Positions 19,447 to 31,029 of a stretch of 64,000 nt of DNA are shown here, one piece after another (positions within the stretch are counted from its first letter, which is position 1; the number at the start of each line of letters is the position of its first letter). Position numbers and translations under genes: made by a program. The notes under the pieces are model-generated. The model was not told the DNA's origin and ran no database searches. It saw only the letters and a list, made by a program, of their open reading frames with translations. The DNA is from Eubacteriales bacterium (lineage in GTDB: Bacteria > Bacillota > Clostridia > Oscillospirales > CAG-272): assembly GCA_045604985.1 (NCBI GenBank), contig JAZUPD010000018.1, positions 57,793 to 121,792 on the forward strand, in the 5' to 3' direction.

Positions 19447-21600
19447 ATGAAAAAAGCGGCATTATCTCTTTTTGCTTTTGTTATCGTATTATTCACCTTT
19501 TCTGCAGTTGACATTGCTGCACAGGAGATCCGTGTCGATGCTGAACGCTTTGCTTCTATACAGGGGCATACACTGCAGAACAGCAGAGACGTATTTAAGA
19601 ACTATTTTGATGCTGATGAATTTGAAATGCGTTTACGAGACGCTGTTATGAATTTCGAACCGAGTCTCGACATCAGTGAATATAAAATTCCCAGCACACT
19701 GTTATCTGAGTTTTATTTTTTCTTTTCAGATACTATCACCGATTGCTTTCACGTAAATCTTGACAGTGTGTGGTTTGTTAAAAACGGGAATATAACAACG
19801 ATTGATTTTGCATATCTTGTTGAAAAGGACAGATATGATGAATATCTTGAAAAATGGAATTCAAAGATTGATGAATTTCTCTTTGGCATCAAGGATAATG
19901 ATTCTCTGTCCGATGTCCAGAAGGCTTTGCTTATACACGACAGAATAATAACACACTGCGAATATGACTATGAAAATTATAAGGCACATTCCGTGCCGGA
20001 CGCTTCCTATACTCCCTATGGGGTGGTTATTGAAGGCGTGGCTGTCTGTCAGGGCTATGCGGAGCTTTATTCGTATTTGATGACCCTTGTTGATATTGAA
20101 AGTTATCTTTGCAGTTCGAAGCTCCTTGACCATGTTTGGAATATTCTCTTTATCGACGGAGAATATTATTATGTTGATGTAACGTGGGACGATGCTGTTT
20201 GGGATATTTCGGGAAGGGTGATGCATACCAATTTCCTTTGCTCCTACGAGGAGTTCAAAAAGACACACGTTGCAGATGATTATGACACCACTCCTTCAAG
20301 CACGAAATATGATAACTATTTTTGGCGAGACTGCAGATCGAGTTTTGAGCTTATCGGAGACGAGATTTATTATGTTGATTTTTCAGAAGCGCGCATTGAA
20401 ACATACGATGGGAGCGCAGTATGGGATGTAAGCACTTATTGGCTTACAGGCGATGGCAGTTCTTATTATCCGGGTTGCTATACTTATATTACTGCGTATG
20501 AGGATTTTCTGCTTTTCAATATGCCTGATTCAATTTATGCATACGATACCATGGCCAAAACCGCAAAGAAGGTGCTTACTCCGCACGATCCATTCAGCAC
20601 AAGCGAGAATATCTACAACATTTTCGGCTTCAGAGAGAAAAATGATAAGCTTCTGTTGGAGTTTAACCATAAGGCGGATTTTTCGGAAAAGACCAAACAA
20701 GATTATACCATAGTAACGGATATAGATCCCGATTGGTTTAAGGTGAGTGTTGAGGCTGTTTCCCTTGACAAGGAGACTGAAACTGCGGCCGTGGGTGAAA
20801 TGAGGACCCTTGTTGCAACCGTTGCACCGGCAAATGCTACCAACAAAAATGTTTCATGGAGATCCTCGGATGAAAATGTGGCGGTAGTTAAAGATGGAGT
20901 TGTGACAGCGATAAATGCGGGTACGGTAACAATTACGGTAACAACCGAGGATGGAAGCAAAACTGCGAAATGCGTTATTACGGTTAAAGCTGAAGCGGAT
21001 GAGAAAGATGCTCTGACGTTTAAGGTGGGCGAAGCAAAGGCGATTGCAGGTAAGCAGATAAAGCTGGCGATTGATATTGAAAACAATCCCGGAATTTCAG
21101 GTGTGGTTCTTGAAATCGGTTATGACAGGAGCGTTATGTCACTCGTTGAATATGAAAGTGCCTCATATATTCAGGCAACAAGCAATTTTGATGAAGATGA
21201 AAGCCATGATAAGGCGATTTTCTCTTTGACGTTTTCGTCGAATCATGTTGAGAGCGGAACGATTTTAACGCTTGTTTTTGAAATCAAGGCTGATGCTCCG
21301 TTAGGGGATTATGCGGTAACGATTTCCTGTCCGAAGGTTGCTGCCAATCAGGCTTTAGAAATTCTTGGATGTAAACTCGTTTCAGGCGAGATAACGGTTT
21401 CCGACTCGATTTGCGGAGACATAAATCGTGATGGCAGGATAGATATTAAGGATTCTGTTCTTCTCGTTCAATATCTTGCAAAGTGGAATGTAGAGGTGGA
21501 CGAGGCGGGGGCGGATTGCGACGCCGATGGAGATATAGATATTAAGGACTCTGTTCTTCTTGCTCAATATCTTGCAGAATGGAATGTACACTTGGGATAA
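19447..21600 (+). CDS. Secreted multidomain protein: transglutaminase-like cysteine peptidase core, Big_2 Ig-like domain, cohesin-like domain, type I dockerin
   Basis: Signal peptide MKKAALSLFAFVIVLFTFSAVDIAAQE. The ORF-track TTG at 19414 was replaced by the ATG at 19447, which follows GAAAGGA. Cys-His-Asp triad context: VCQGYAE, DHVWN, VDVTWDD. Big_2: NVSWRSSDENVAVVKDGVVTAINAGTVTITVTTEDG. Cohesin-like: GKQIKLAIDIENNPGISGVVLEIGYD. Duplicated dockerin EF-hand segments: GDINRDGRIDIKDSVLLVQYLA and CDADGDIDIKDSVLLAQYLA. Confidence 0.8.
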   Translation: MKKAALSLFAFVIVLFTFSAVDIAAQEIRVDAERFASIQGHTLQNSRDVFKNYFDADEFEMRLRDAVMNFEPSLDISEYKIPSTLLSEFYFFFSDTITDCFHVNLDSVWFVKNGNITTIDFAYLVEKDRYDEYLEKWNSKIDEFLFGIKDNDSLSDVQKALLIHDRIITHCEYDYENYKAHSVPDASYTPYGVVIEGVAVCQGYAELYSYLMTLVDIESYLCSSKLLDHVWNILFIDGEYYYVDVTWDDAVWDISGRVMHTNFLCSYEEFKKTHVADDYDTTPSSTKYDNYFWRDCRSSFELIGDEIYYVDFSEARIETYDGSAVWDVSTYWLTGDGSSYYPGCYTYITAYEDFLLFNMPDSIYAYDTMAKTAKKVLTPHDPFSTSENIYNIFGFREKNDKLLLEFNHKADFSEKTKQDYTIVTDIDPDWFKVSVEAVSLDKETETAAVGEMRTLVATVAPANATNKNVSWRSSDENVAVVKDGVVTAINAGTVTITVTTEDGSKTAKCVITVKAEADEKDALTFKVGEAKAIAGKQIKLAIDIENNPGISGVVLEIGYDRSVMSLVEYESASYIQATSNFDEDESHDKAIFSLTFSSNHVESGTILTLVFEIKADAPLGDYAVTISCPKVAANQALEILGCKLVSGEITVSDSICGDINRDGRIDIKDSVLLVQYLAKWNVEVDEAGADCDADGDIDIKDSVLLAQYLAEWNVHLG

Positions 21601-21621
21601 AATATTGAATTTTTAGAAGTT

Positions 21622-21662
21622 TCCGCCGTGCATGGATTTTATGCACGGCGGGAGTTTTTTTA
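21622..21662 (+). terminator. Rho-independent terminator
   Basis: CCGCCGTGCAT-ggatttt-ATGCACGGCGG followed by TTTTTTT. Confidence 0.8.
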
Positions 21663-21732
21663 AAATTCGGTATAAAAAAACCTCTCGGTCATATAATAAA
21701 ATAATACCAAAATGAAATTGTGGGGAATTTTT

Positions 21733-22167
21733 ATGAGTTTGACTGAAAAGTGTGAGTCTATTCGTTGGTTTGGAACAGAGATACTTAGAATATCCCGTTT
21801 CATAAAGGGGTTTGAGGGCGTTTCCGATAAAATTTCGAAATTCTATGAATCCGTTCTATACGAGGCGGGTGCGGGAGCTGTGAAAAGTCTGGAAGAGAAG
21901 GCTAAGAAAGATTTTGAAAGAGCAAAAGATGCAGGACCACTTTCTGCCGCATTTTTTAAAAGGTACAACTATTTGATCTCTTGCGAGGCAGAGAGAATAG
22001 AGGAAAAATTTTTAAAGGTGACCCTTTATGTGTCGCTAAAAAGAGCATCCGAAAATATCTTTTATGTGGAAAATGTACATTTTTGGGATATTGACGGAGG
22101 ATTTATGGTGAGCGAAAAGGGCATAAAGAAAGCCCTTTCTAAAAGTGGTAAGATTGTTAAAAAATGA
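21733..22167 (+). CDS. Hypothetical protein
   Basis: 144 aa from the ATG at 21733 (the ORF track starts at 21712). No recognisable motif. Coding status is inferred only from ORF length and position. Confidence 0.45.
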   Translation: MSLTEKCESIRWFGTEILRISRFIKGFEGVSDKISKFYESVLYEAGAGAVKSLEEKAKKDFERAKDAGPLSAAFFKRYNYLISCEAERIEEKFLKVTLYVSLKRASENIFYVENVHFWDIDGGFMVSEKGIKKALSKSGKIVKK

Positions 22168-22203
22168 ACAGTGGTAAAAATCAACAAAGTTTCCTTGAAC
22201 GCC

Positions 22204-22232
22204 TTGAAAATGAATAGATAATATGTTATTAT
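22204..22232 (+). promoter_or_regulatory. Candidate promoter of the V-ATPase operon (TTGAAA-17-TGtTATTAT)
   Basis: TTGAAA at 22204-22209, a 17-nt spacer ending in TGt (extended -10), and TATTAT at 22227-22232. Confidence 0.4.
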
Positions 22233-22298
22233 ATATATAGTTTTACAATGGTGGAGAATTTTTGCAGGGTGGAGATTTACACCGAAAGGAGAACCAAA

Positions 22299-22613
22299 AT
22301 GTCAAAGGAAGCAATAGCTCACATAAGAGATGCTGAGGAGAAGGCAAGGCTCATCGTTGCGGAAGCGGAAAAAAATGCCGGACTTATGATATCTTCTGCT
22401 GAAAAGAATGCGGCAGACCTCAGAGCCGAGACCGAAAGGATCACCGGCGAGGACCTGAAGAAGACTCTTGATGCTATGCGTCAAAAATCCGACCAGCTTA
22501 TCGAAAAAAGCATTGCCGAAGCCAGAGCAGAGGCGGACGAGCTTCTTGAAAAGGCTGATATGAAAACGCTTTCGGCAGTAAAAAAAATAGTTTGGGAAAT
22601 AATCGAAGCTTGA
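22299..22613 (+). CDS. V-type ATPase small stalk subunit (G/H-like)
   Basis: 104 aa from the ATG at 22299, which follows AAAGGAG. Ala/Glu/Lys-rich coiled coil (EAEKNAGLMISSAEKNAADLRAETE). First gene of the ntp-like operon. Confidence 0.7.
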   Translation: MSKEAIAHIRDAEEKARLIVAEAEKNAGLMISSAEKNAADLRAETERITGEDLKKTLDAMRQKSDQLIEKSIAEARAEADELLEKADMKTLSAVKKIVWEIIEA

Positions 22614-22636
22614 GGAAGGGATAAGAGGAAAAATAT

Positions 22637-24568
22637 ATGGCAGTTGTAAAAATGAAAAAGCTGTCCGTTTTTGTTCATAAAAGGGATGCGAACAGGCTTA
22701 TCAGACGCCTTATACGACTGCGGTGTGTTGAGATAAAGCAGAGCGAGCTTGATGATGAAACGTCATCTTGTGAGAACGCAGACAACGGCTTCGCTGAGAT
22801 CGAAAACAATATCGCAGGTGCAGCCAGATGCCTCAAAGCTCTCTCGAAATACAGCGATAGAAAAAAGGGACTTGGGGTATCCAAAATACCGGTCAGACTT
22901 GATAAATTCAGAAGCGACGGCAGCTATGCAAGGGCTGTGTCGATCGTGGGCGAGACCGATGAGCTTCTCGCAAAAAGGGAGGAGCTTAAGGGGGTTATAG
23001 TAAAGGAAAAAGCAGCTCTTTCTTCTCTTGAGCCTTGGCAGGAATATGAGTTGCCCTTTGATTATGAGGGAACGGAAAAAACCGTAATTATTCCTGTAAC
23101 TCTACCGCCCTCCGCGGGGGAGGATAAAATCCGTGAGGTCCTTTGTGATATCGAGGCTGGGATGGAAAGGGTCGGAGGCGGCAGGAACGTTGCTTGCTAT
23201 GCACTGATATCCCATGTTTGCGCAATTGATGAAGCCCTTAGAAGGCTTGGAGCTATCGGAATGCTCAGAGTTCCATTCGAGGGGACTTCGGAACGGGCGA
23301 CAAAGCTGATTTCTGATAGAAAAAAAGCTATCGGAGCTGCTGAAAAAGCACTTCGTAATATAGAAAAACGCCTGAAAGAACTTGCAAAGGATATGGAATA
23401 TGTAGAGATACTGTTCGATGCCGAAAGCACCTCGCTTGTGGCGGAAAAATCAAAAACAAAGCTCGCATCAACCGAGCAGTGCGTTAATCTTTGTGGCTGG
23501 ATTCCTGAAAATGAGACCGAAAGAGTCTCGCAGGTGCTTTCAAAATTCAGCTGTGCATTTGAGATAAAAGACCCATGTGAGGACGAGGAGCCGCCCGTGC
23601 TTCTACGCAATAACTTTTTTGCAAGGACCTTTGAATGGGTGCTTGGAATGTACTCATATCCCAAATACGGCACGTATGACCCCACATTTATAATGAGTAT
23701 CTTCTATTTCATCATCTTCGGACTTATGTTTGCGGATGTTGGATATGGATTTATTCTGGTTGTAGGCTGTTTTGGTGCGCTGAAGCTGCTGAATCCCCGC
23801 AGAGGAATGAGAAATTTTCTTGCAATGTTTGGCTATTGCGGAATTTCTTCGATGATAATGGGCGTGCTTTTTGGAGCTTATTTTGGAAATCTGCCCCAGG
23901 CGTTCAGCGAATATATGCTCGGCGTGGAGGGCGCAAGCACAACGATGCAGACTGCTGTGCTTTTTGACCCCATGGCAGACCCCATGAGCTTCCTCATTTT
24001 GTCGATTGCCATAGGAGCGGTTCATCTCATTGCGGGAATGGCGGTGCAGTTTTATATTCTCTGCCGAAAGGGGCAGTGGCTTGACGCTCTTTTCGATATT
24101 GCAACGTGGTGGCTCGCCTTTGCGGGAATAGGGCTTACGTTTCTTTATCCGTGGGGAAAATATGTTGCTCTTGCGGGAGTTGCCTCTATTGTGCTTACAG
24201 GCGGAAGACGCGAGAAGAATATCATAATGAAGCTGGCAAAGGGCTTGCTTGCTCTATATGGAGCGGTGAACTATGCCGCAGATCTTCTTTCCTATTCGAG
24301 AATTCTGGCTCTTGGACTTGCCGCAAGCGTAATTGCGCAGGTTATCAACACCATGGGAACGATGGGAGGACCGAATTTCATTGGCTTTGTTATGATGATA
24401 CTTGTTTTCATCGTCGGACATCTGCTCAATCTCGTTATCAATGTGCTGGGTACCTTCGTTCATACCAGCAGACTTCAGTATATCGAATTTTTCGGAAAAT
24501 TCTTCGAGGACGGAGGAACTCCCTTCAAGCCCGCAGAGCCTTCCGATAAATATACAACAGAACAATAA
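22637..24568 (+). CDS. ntpI: V-type ATPase subunit I (membrane a-subunit)
   Basis: 643 aa. Soluble N-terminal half plus a C-terminal polytopic domain containing the conserved region FVHTSRLQYIEFF. Confidence 0.9.
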   Translation: MAVVKMKKLSVFVHKRDANRLIRRLIRLRCVEIKQSELDDETSSCENADNGFAEIENNIAGAARCLKALSKYSDRKKGLGVSKIPVRLDKFRSDGSYARAVSIVGETDELLAKREELKGVIVKEKAALSSLEPWQEYELPFDYEGTEKTVIIPVTLPPSAGEDKIREVLCDIEAGMERVGGGRNVACYALISHVCAIDEALRRLGAIGMLRVPFEGTSERATKLISDRKKAIGAAEKALRNIEKRLKELAKDMEYVEILFDAESTSLVAEKSKTKLASTEQCVNLCGWIPENETERVSQVLSKFSCAFEIKDPCEDEEPPVLLRNNFFARTFEWVLGMYSYPKYGTYDPTFIMSIFYFIIFGLMFADVGYGFILVVGCFGALKLLNPRRGMRNFLAMFGYCGISSMIMGVLFGAYFGNLPQAFSEYMLGVEGASTTMQTAVLFDPMADPMSFLILSIAIGAVHLIAGMAVQFYILCRKGQWLDALFDIATWWLAFAGIGLTFLYPWGKYVALAGVASIVLTGGRREKNIIMKLAKGLLALYGAVNYAADLLSYSRILALGLAASVIAQVINTMGTMGGPNFIGFVMMILVFIVGHLLNLVINVLGTFVHTSRLQYIEFFGKFFEDGGTPFKPAEPSDKYTTEQ

Positions 24569-25093
<525 letters not shown>

Positions 25094-25108
25094 GGAGAGA
25101 TTTTGAGG

Positions 25109-25792
25109 ATGACCGGTATTGACAAGATAACGGGCAAGATCATTTCCGAGGCAGAGGCGGACGCAGCGACGATAATATCGAGAGCGCAGGAAAGATGCGC
25201 CGAGATAATGTTTGCTTGCTCCGCAGAATGTGAAAAGATCAAGGCGGAGCTTGAGGAAAAGGCTCAGAGAGATGCGGAGAGCATCATTTCAAGGGCGAAA
25301 TCAGGTGCGGCTATGCAGAAGAGAAATATTCTGCTTTCCGCCAGAAGAGAAGCTACCGACAAGGTTTTCAAAACGGCATATAAGGAAATATTGAATCTTC
25401 CCGAGGAAAAATACTGCGAGGTGGTATCCCGCTTTGTTGCGGACGCCGTTCTCGTGCAGATGGAGAACGAAAAGACAAATATAGCTCTTTATGGTGAGGA
25501 GGAAGCGCTCCTTCCCGAAAAATACGAGCTTATATTCAATAAAAATGACAAAGAAAAGCTTTCTTCTGCAATACTTGAAGGAGTTGAAAGAATAGTCATC
25601 GGCAAAATGAGCCGAGACGAGCTTAAAAAACTGACGGTTGCAGAGGACACCGCCGATATTGATGGCGGAGTTATAGTTAGATTTGGAAGCGTTGAGTGCA
25701 ACTGTTCCCTTAAAACGGTTTTTGCTGAGCTTCGTGAGAGACTTGAGGGTGAGATAAGCACCTTGCTCTTCTCATTTGAAGAGGAAAAATAA
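25109..25792 (+). CDS. ntpE: V-type ATPase subunit E
   Basis: 227 aa from the ATG at 25109 (the ORF track uses TTG at 25103). N-terminal long helix and a C-terminal globular part (GGVIVRFGSVECNCSLKTVF). Position in the operon fits. Confidence 0.8.
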   Translation: MTGIDKITGKIISEAEADAATIISRAQERCAEIMFACSAECEKIKAELEEKAQRDAESIISRAKSGAAMQKRNILLSARREATDKVFKTAYKEILNLPEEKYCEVVSRFVADAVLVQMENEKTNIALYGEEEALLPEKYELIFNKNDKEKLSSAILEGVERIVIGKMSRDELKKLTVAEDTADIDGGVIVRFGSVECNCSLKTVFAELRERLEGEISTLLFSFEEEK

Positions 25793-25810
25793 GATGAAAG
25801 GAGAAGGGCA

Positions 25811-26794
25811 ATGGGTATAAGGAAGAAGAAAGACACCGATTATCTCTTTGCTTGCGCAAGAGTCCGTGCGGCGGAAAACCGTCTCATTGGCTCTGATAAG
25901 ACAGAGAACGCTATAAATGCAAAGGATGCTTCCGAGATCGAAGCTCTCATAGACTCTATAGGCACTTTCGAGAACGGCTCGGATAATCTCAGTGCATATC
26001 TCGGAAGAGCGTATTCCTTTATTGCCGAGATTTCTCCTTGTGAGAATATTGCATCATTTTTGCGCTACGGCTATGATTGCAACAATATAAAGGCGGCTCT
26101 GAAATGCCATTTCAGAGAGACAGACTGCTCCGAAATGCTCTTTTCATTCGGAACTGTGGAGATAGATAAAATACTTGCCATGCCAAAGGAGCTTGACTTC
26201 TCGGCTTTGCCCAAGAATATGAGCGAGGCGGCGTTGGAAGCATTTGATGCATATGCAAAAACAGGCGATCCCCAGCTTATCGACATCATTCTTGATAAGG
26301 CTTGCTATGCGGATATGCTTGATGCGGCGAGATCAGGTGACGATTTTGCTTATGACCTTGTAAGAGCGAAGATAGATCTTACAAACATAATGATGTGTAT
26401 AAGAATCATCCGCATGGGCAACGGTTTTTCCGAGAGAGCTGTGCTGGAAAGGTCGCTTATCGGGGGCGGTTATCTCGATGAAAAGAAGCTTTTTGAGGCA
26501 AAGACCGAAAACGAACTTGCTATGATGCTTTCGGGCAGTGAATACAGCTCTCTTTTGGCTTTTATGAACGATGAAGGCATATTTTCTCTTGCTGAGATCG
26601 AAAGAAGATGCGATGATATCTATATGAAAAAGGTGAGAACCGCAAAGTCTATTCCCTTTGGTGCTTCGGTTCTCTGCTCATATCTTGTGGCTGTGGAATA
26701 TGAGGTGAAAAATCTCCGCATAATCCTTGCAGGTAAGCGCGCGGGACTTTCGGGCGAAAAAATTCGTGAGAGAGTGAGGCTGAGCTATGTATAA
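25811..26794 (+). CDS. ntpC: V-type ATPase subunit C (d-type)
   Basis: 327 aa, assigned from operon position and size. The C-terminal motif YLVAVEYEVKNLRIILAGK is typical of the V/A-ATPase C subunit. Confidence 0.85.
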   Translation: MGIRKKKDTDYLFACARVRAAENRLIGSDKTENAINAKDASEIEALIDSIGTFENGSDNLSAYLGRAYSFIAEISPCENIASFLRYGYDCNNIKAALKCHFRETDCSEMLFSFGTVEIDKILAMPKELDFSALPKNMSEAALEAFDAYAKTGDPQLIDIILDKACYADMLDAARSGDDFAYDLVRAKIDLTNIMMCIRIIRMGNGFSERAVLERSLIGGGYLDEKKLFEAKTENELAMMLSGSEYSSLLAFMNDEGIFSLAEIERRCDDIYMKKVRTAKSIPFGASVLCSYLVAVEYEVKNLRIILAGKRAGLSGEKIRERVRLSYV

Positions 26795-27113
26795 GATAGG
26801 AATAATCGGAGACCGAGACAGCGTTCTCGGCTTTATGGCACTTGGTTTTGCCGTTTACGACGTTTCGTCTTGCGATGATGCGCGTGTAAAACTCAGAAAT
26901 GCCGTAAAAGGCGGGGATTTTGCTGTGCTTTTCATTACGGAAAGCATTGCGATGCAGATTGAGGACGAGATCGAAAAATATAAGGACCTGCCCCTGCCGG
27001 CAATAGTTTCCGTTCCCGGAAGAGACGGCAGCACGGGCTATGGAATGGAGAATATCAGAGATGCGGCACTTCGTGCCGTTGGAGCTGATATCCTTTTTGA
27101 AAATGATAAATAA
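26787..27113 (+). CDS. ntpF: V-type ATPase subunit F
   Basis: 108 aa beginning MYKIGIIGDRDSVLGFMALG, with VLFITESIA. Overlaps the upstream gene by 8 nt. Confidence 0.85.
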   Translation: MYKIGIIGDRDSVLGFMALGFAVYDVSSCDDARVKLRNAVKGGDFAVLFITESIAMQIEDEIEKYKDLPLPAIVSVPGRDGSTGYGMENIRDAALRAVGADILFENDK

Positions 27114-27137
27114 TAGCATAGAAAGGTAAAAACCGCT

Positions 27138-28919
27138 ATGGAAGAGGTTGTTGGAAAAATACTGAAGGTCTCCGGTCCTCTGGTAGTTGCAGAGGGAATG
27201 AGAGAAGCCAATATGTTCGACGTTGTCCGTGTTGGCGAAAAGAGACTTATCGGTGAGATTATAGAAATGCATGGTGATAAGGCGTCTATCCAGGTCTATG
27301 AGGAGACTGCAGGCGTTGGACGCGGAGATGTGGTCGTTTCAACGGGCGAGCCACTTTCGGTTGAGCTTGGTCCCGGACTTATCACGAATATCTATGACGG
27401 TATTCAGAGACCCCTTGAGACTATCCGAGAAAAGGTAGGCTCAAATCTTACGAGAGGTATAGATGAGCCTGCTCTTGACAGAACGAGGGTTTGGCATTTT
27501 GAGGCGGAAAAAAAGATAGGTGATATCGTTCTGCCCGGTGACGTTATCGGCTATGTACAAGAGACCGAGGTCATAAGACATAAGGTAATGGTTCCCCCGA
27601 AAAAGGGAGGAACATTGGTACAGATCAATTCGGGAGATTTCAAGGTCACCGATACTGTTGCAAAGATAAAGCTGGAGGATGGAAAAACCGACAGTTTGAC
27701 TCTTATGCAGAAGTGGCCTGTTCGTGTATCCCGTCCATATAAGGAAAAACTGCCCCCTGCAGAACCTATGATAACGGGACAGCGTTCTATCGACGCACTT
27801 TTTCCCATTGCAAAGGGCGGAACCGCTTGCGTTCCTGGTCCTTTTGGAAGCGGAAAGACGGTGGTTCAGCATCAGCTTGCAAAATGGAGCGATGTTGATC
27901 TTGTTGTTTATATCGGATGCGGTGAGCGCGGAAACGAAATGACAGACGTTCTTCGTGAGTTTCCCGAGCTTACCGATCCCAGAACGGGAAAATCCCTTAT
28001 GGAGAGAACGGTTCTTATTGCAAACACCTCGGATATGCCTGTTGCGGCTCGTGAGGCTTCTATCTATACAGGTATCACCATTGCGGAATATTACCGTGAT
28101 ATGGGTTATGCCGTTGCTGTTATCGCAGATTCAACATCCCGCTGGGCAGAGGCTCTCCGTGAGATGTCAGGCCGTCTTGAGGAAATGCCCGGTGAGGAGG
28201 GCTATCCCGCATATCTTACATCCCGTCTTGCAGGATTCTATGAAAGAGCCGGTAAGGTGGTTTGTCTCGGAACCGACGGCAGAGAGGGCGCACTCAGTGC
28301 CATCGGTGCGGTTTCACCTCAGGGAGGCGATATTTCTGAGCCTGTTACTCAAGCAACCCTTCGTATAGTAAAGGTTTTCTGGGGACTTGATGCATCGCTT
28401 GCATACAAGAGACATTTTCCTGCGATAAATTGGCTTAATTCCTACTCGCTTTACCGTGACCGCCTTTCGGATTGGTGTGCGGATAATATCGCAAAGGATT
28501 GGATGGCACTTACATCAAGAAGTCTTAAAACACTTCAGGAGGAGAGCGACCTTGACGAGATCGTTAAGCTCGTTGGTGTAGACGCACTTTCTTCCGAGGA
28601 CAGACTTACCCTTGAGGTGGCTCGTTCCATTCGCGAGGACTTCTTACAGCAGTACGCCTTTGACGATGTGGATGGCTATACTCCCCTTGATAAGCAGTAT
28701 GCGCTTCTCCGTCTCATCTTCTCCTATGAAGACAGGGCTAGAAAGGCACTCTCGGATGGGGCGTTGGTGCAGACGCTTGCCGATCTTCCCGTAAGAGAAA
28801 TGATAGGTAGAGCAAAGGCGATTCCCTATGAGGGCTTTAAGGCTGAATTTGAAAAGATCGAAGCAGAGCTTGCTTCGCAAATAGACGCTGCGGTAAGAGA
28901 AGCCGCAAGCGAGTTTTAA
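27138..28919 (+). CDS. ntpA: V-type ATPase catalytic subunit A
   Basis: 593 aa. Walker [10 protein letters not shown] and Walker B-region [13 protein letters not shown], plus the non-homologous insert typical of A subunits. Confidence 0.95.
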   Translation: MEEVVGKILKVSGPLVVAEGMREANMFDVVRVGEKRLIGEIIEMHGDKASIQVYEETAGVGRGDVVVSTGEPLSVELGPGLITNIYDGIQRPLETIREKVGSNLTRGIDEPALDRTRVWHFEAEKKIGDIVLPGDVIGYVQETEVIRHKVMVPPKKGGTLVQINSGDFKVTDTVAKIKLEDGKTDSLTLMQKWPVRVSRPYKEKLPPAEPMITGQRSIDALFPIAKGGTACVPGPFGSGKTVVQHQLAKWSDVDLVVYIGCGERGNEMTDVLREFPELTDPRTGKSLMERTVLIANTSDMPVAAREASIYTGITIAEYYRDMGYAVAVIADSTSRWAEALREMSGRLEEMPGEEGYPAYLTSRLAGFYERAGKVVCLGTDGREGALSAIGAVSPQGGDISEPVTQATLRIVKVFWGLDASLAYKRHFPAINWLNSYSLYRDRLSDWCADNIAKDWMALTSRSLKTLQEESDLDEIVKLVGVDALSSEDRLTLEVARSIREDFLQQYAFDDVDGYTPLDKQYALLRLIFSYEDRARKALSDGALVQTLADLPVREMIGRAKAIPYEGFKAEFEKIEAELASQIDAAVREAASEF

Positions 28920-28933
28920 GGAGGACGGCGGAT

Positions 28934-30310
28934 ATGATTCGTGAATACAGAACAATTGAAGAAGTTGCCGGACCTCTGATGCTTGTAAAGCAGGTTGACG
29001 GCGTTAAATATGACGAGCTTGGTGAAATCGAGCTTCCGAGCGGCGAGGTGAGACGCTGCCGTGTTCTTGAGGTCAATGGCAGAGACGTTCTCGTTCAGCT
29101 TTTTGAAAGCTCAGCGGGACTTAATCTTGCTCAGAGTAAGGTGCGTTTTTCGGGACACGGAGTTGAGCTTCCCGTTTCAAAAAATATGCTTGGACGAGTT
29201 TTCAACGGTATGGGCGAGCCTATAGACGGCGGTGCAAAGCTCATTCCCGATAAATCTCTTGATATCAACGGCACGCCCATAAACCCGGCGGCGCGCTATT
29301 ATCCCTCCGAGTTTATTCAGACGGGCGTTTCCACCATCGACGGTCTTAATACTCTTGTCCGCGGTCAAAAGCTGCCTATTTTTTCCGGATCGGGTCTGCC
29401 TCATGCAAATCTTGCTGCACAGATAGCAAGGCAGGCAAAGGTCAGAGGTGGAGATTCCAAATTTGCGGTCGTTTTTGCCGCCATCGGAATCACCTTTGAG
29501 GAAGCAGATTTCTTTATTTCGGATTTTAAGAAGACGGGTGCTATTGATAGGACGGTTCTCTTTATAAATCTTGCGTCGGATGCTGCGATCGAGCGTATTT
29601 CAACACCCCGTATGGCACTTACCGCAGCGGAATATCTTGCATTTGAGTGCGATATGCATGTCCTCGTTATCCTTACCGATATCACCAACTATGCAGAGGC
29701 TCTCCGTGAAGTTTCGGCAGCGAGAAAGGAAGTCCCCGGCAGACGAGGATACCCGGGTTATCTTTATACAGACCTTGCAACAATGTATGAAAGAGCGGGA
29801 AGAAAGATGGGAAGCGAAGGCTCTATCACCATGATTCCGATCCTTTCCATGCCCGAGGACGATAAAACGCATCCTATCCCCGACCTTACGGGATATATCA
29901 CCGAGGGACAGATAATTCTTTCAAGAGAGATGTACCGCAAGGGATATATGCCTCCTGTTGACGTTCTTCCGTCCCTTTCCCGCCTTAAGGATAAGGGTAT
30001 TGGAGAGGGCAAGACCCGCGAGGATCATTCGGGAACAATGAACCAGCTCTTCTCAAGCTATGCGAGAGGAAGAGAGGCTAAGGAGCTTATGGTGGTTTTG
30101 GGCGAGGCGGCACTTACACCTGTTGACCGTCTTTATGCAAAATTTGCAGATGCCTTTGAGGCTGAATATATAAATCAGGGCTTCTATGAGAATAGAACTA
30201 TAGAGGAGACCCTTGATCTTGGCTGGAAGCTGCTTTCTCTGCTTCCCAGAAGCGAAATGAAGCGTATCAAGCCCGAGCTTATTGAAAAATATTGGGTCGG
30301 GGACAAATGA
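28934..30310 (+). CDS. ntpB: V-type ATPase subunit B
   Basis: 458 aa with [46 protein letters not shown]. Confidence 0.95.
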   Translation: MIREYRTIEEVAGPLMLVKQVDGVKYDELGEIELPSGEVRRCRVLEVNGRDVLVQLFESSAGLNLAQSKVRFSGHGVELPVSKNMLGRVFNGMGEPIDGGAKLIPDKSLDINGTPINPAARYYPSEFIQTGVSTIDGLNTLVRGQKLPIFSGSGLPHANLAAQIARQAKVRGGDSKFAVVFAAIGITFEEADFFISDFKKTGAIDRTVLFINLASDAAIERISTPRMALTAAEYLAFECDMHVLVILTDITNYAEALREVSAARKEVPGRRGYPGYLYTDLATMYERAGRKMGSEGSITMIPILSMPEDDKTHPIPDLTGYITEGQIILSREMYRKGYMPPVDVLPSLSRLKDKGIGEGKTREDHSGTMNQLFSSYARGREAKELMVVLGEAALTPVDRLYAKFADAFEAEYINQGFYENRTIEETLDLGWKLLSLLPRSEMKRIKPELIEKYWVGDK

Positions 30311-30357
30311 TAAAAACAAGGGAATGTTAGAATTTTGCGAAAGGAGCAGTTCCGAAG

Positions 30358-31029
30358 GTGGCAGATATACAACTTAATCCAACGAGAATGGAGATGAAAA
30401 AGCTCCAAACAAGATATATAACCGCAAGGCGCGGTCATAAGCTGCTGAAGGATAAGCGCAATGAGCTTATGAGACAGTTCCTCGTCGTGGTAAGAGAGGA
30501 TAAGAAACTGCGAGAGCAAGTTGAAGCAAAGCTTGCGACAGCATACGGGTCATTTTCGGTTGCAAGCGCAGTGAGCAGTCCCGAAATGCTTCGCGAGGCA
30601 CTTATCATGCCCAGAAAAGAGGGAAGCCTTGATGTTTCCTATAAGAATATGATGAGCGTAACCGTCCCCGTTTTTGATTATAAGACGGAGGGAGAGAGCG
30701 GTGCTATGAATTACGGAATGGCATTTACATCCGGAGAGCTTGACTCGTCGATAAAGGAGCTTGGAGAGGTGATGCAGGAGCTTGTGCGAATGGCGGAACT
30801 TGAAAAAACTGCCCAGCTTCTTGCGGAAGAAATCGAAAAGACCCGCAGAAGAGTAAACGCTCTGGAATATATCATGATGCCAAGATATCTTGAAGGTATC
30901 AAGCGTATCAAGATGAAGCTTGAGGAAAACGAACGAGGAAACCTCACAAGACTTATGAAGGTCAAAGACATGATGGTCAAAAAAACTCTTGCGGCAAAGA
31001 AAAATACGCCCGAGGGAGAGGATATTTAA
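30358..31029 (+). CDS. ntpD: V-type ATPase subunit D (central stalk)
   Basis: 223 aa with a GTG start, beginning MADIQLNPTRMEMKKLQTRYITARRGHKLLKDKRNEL. Long coiled coil and EKTRRRVNALEYIMMPR. Confidence 0.9.
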   Translation: MADIQLNPTRMEMKKLQTRYITARRGHKLLKDKRNELMRQFLVVVREDKKLREQVEAKLATAYGSFSVASAVSSPEMLREALIMPRKEGSLDVSYKNMMSVTVPVFDYKTEGESGAMNYGMAFTSGELDSSIKELGEVMQELVRMAELEKTAQLLAEEIEKTRRRVNALEYIMMPRYLEGIKRIKMKLEENERGNLTRLMKVKDMMVKKTLAAKKNTPEGEDI

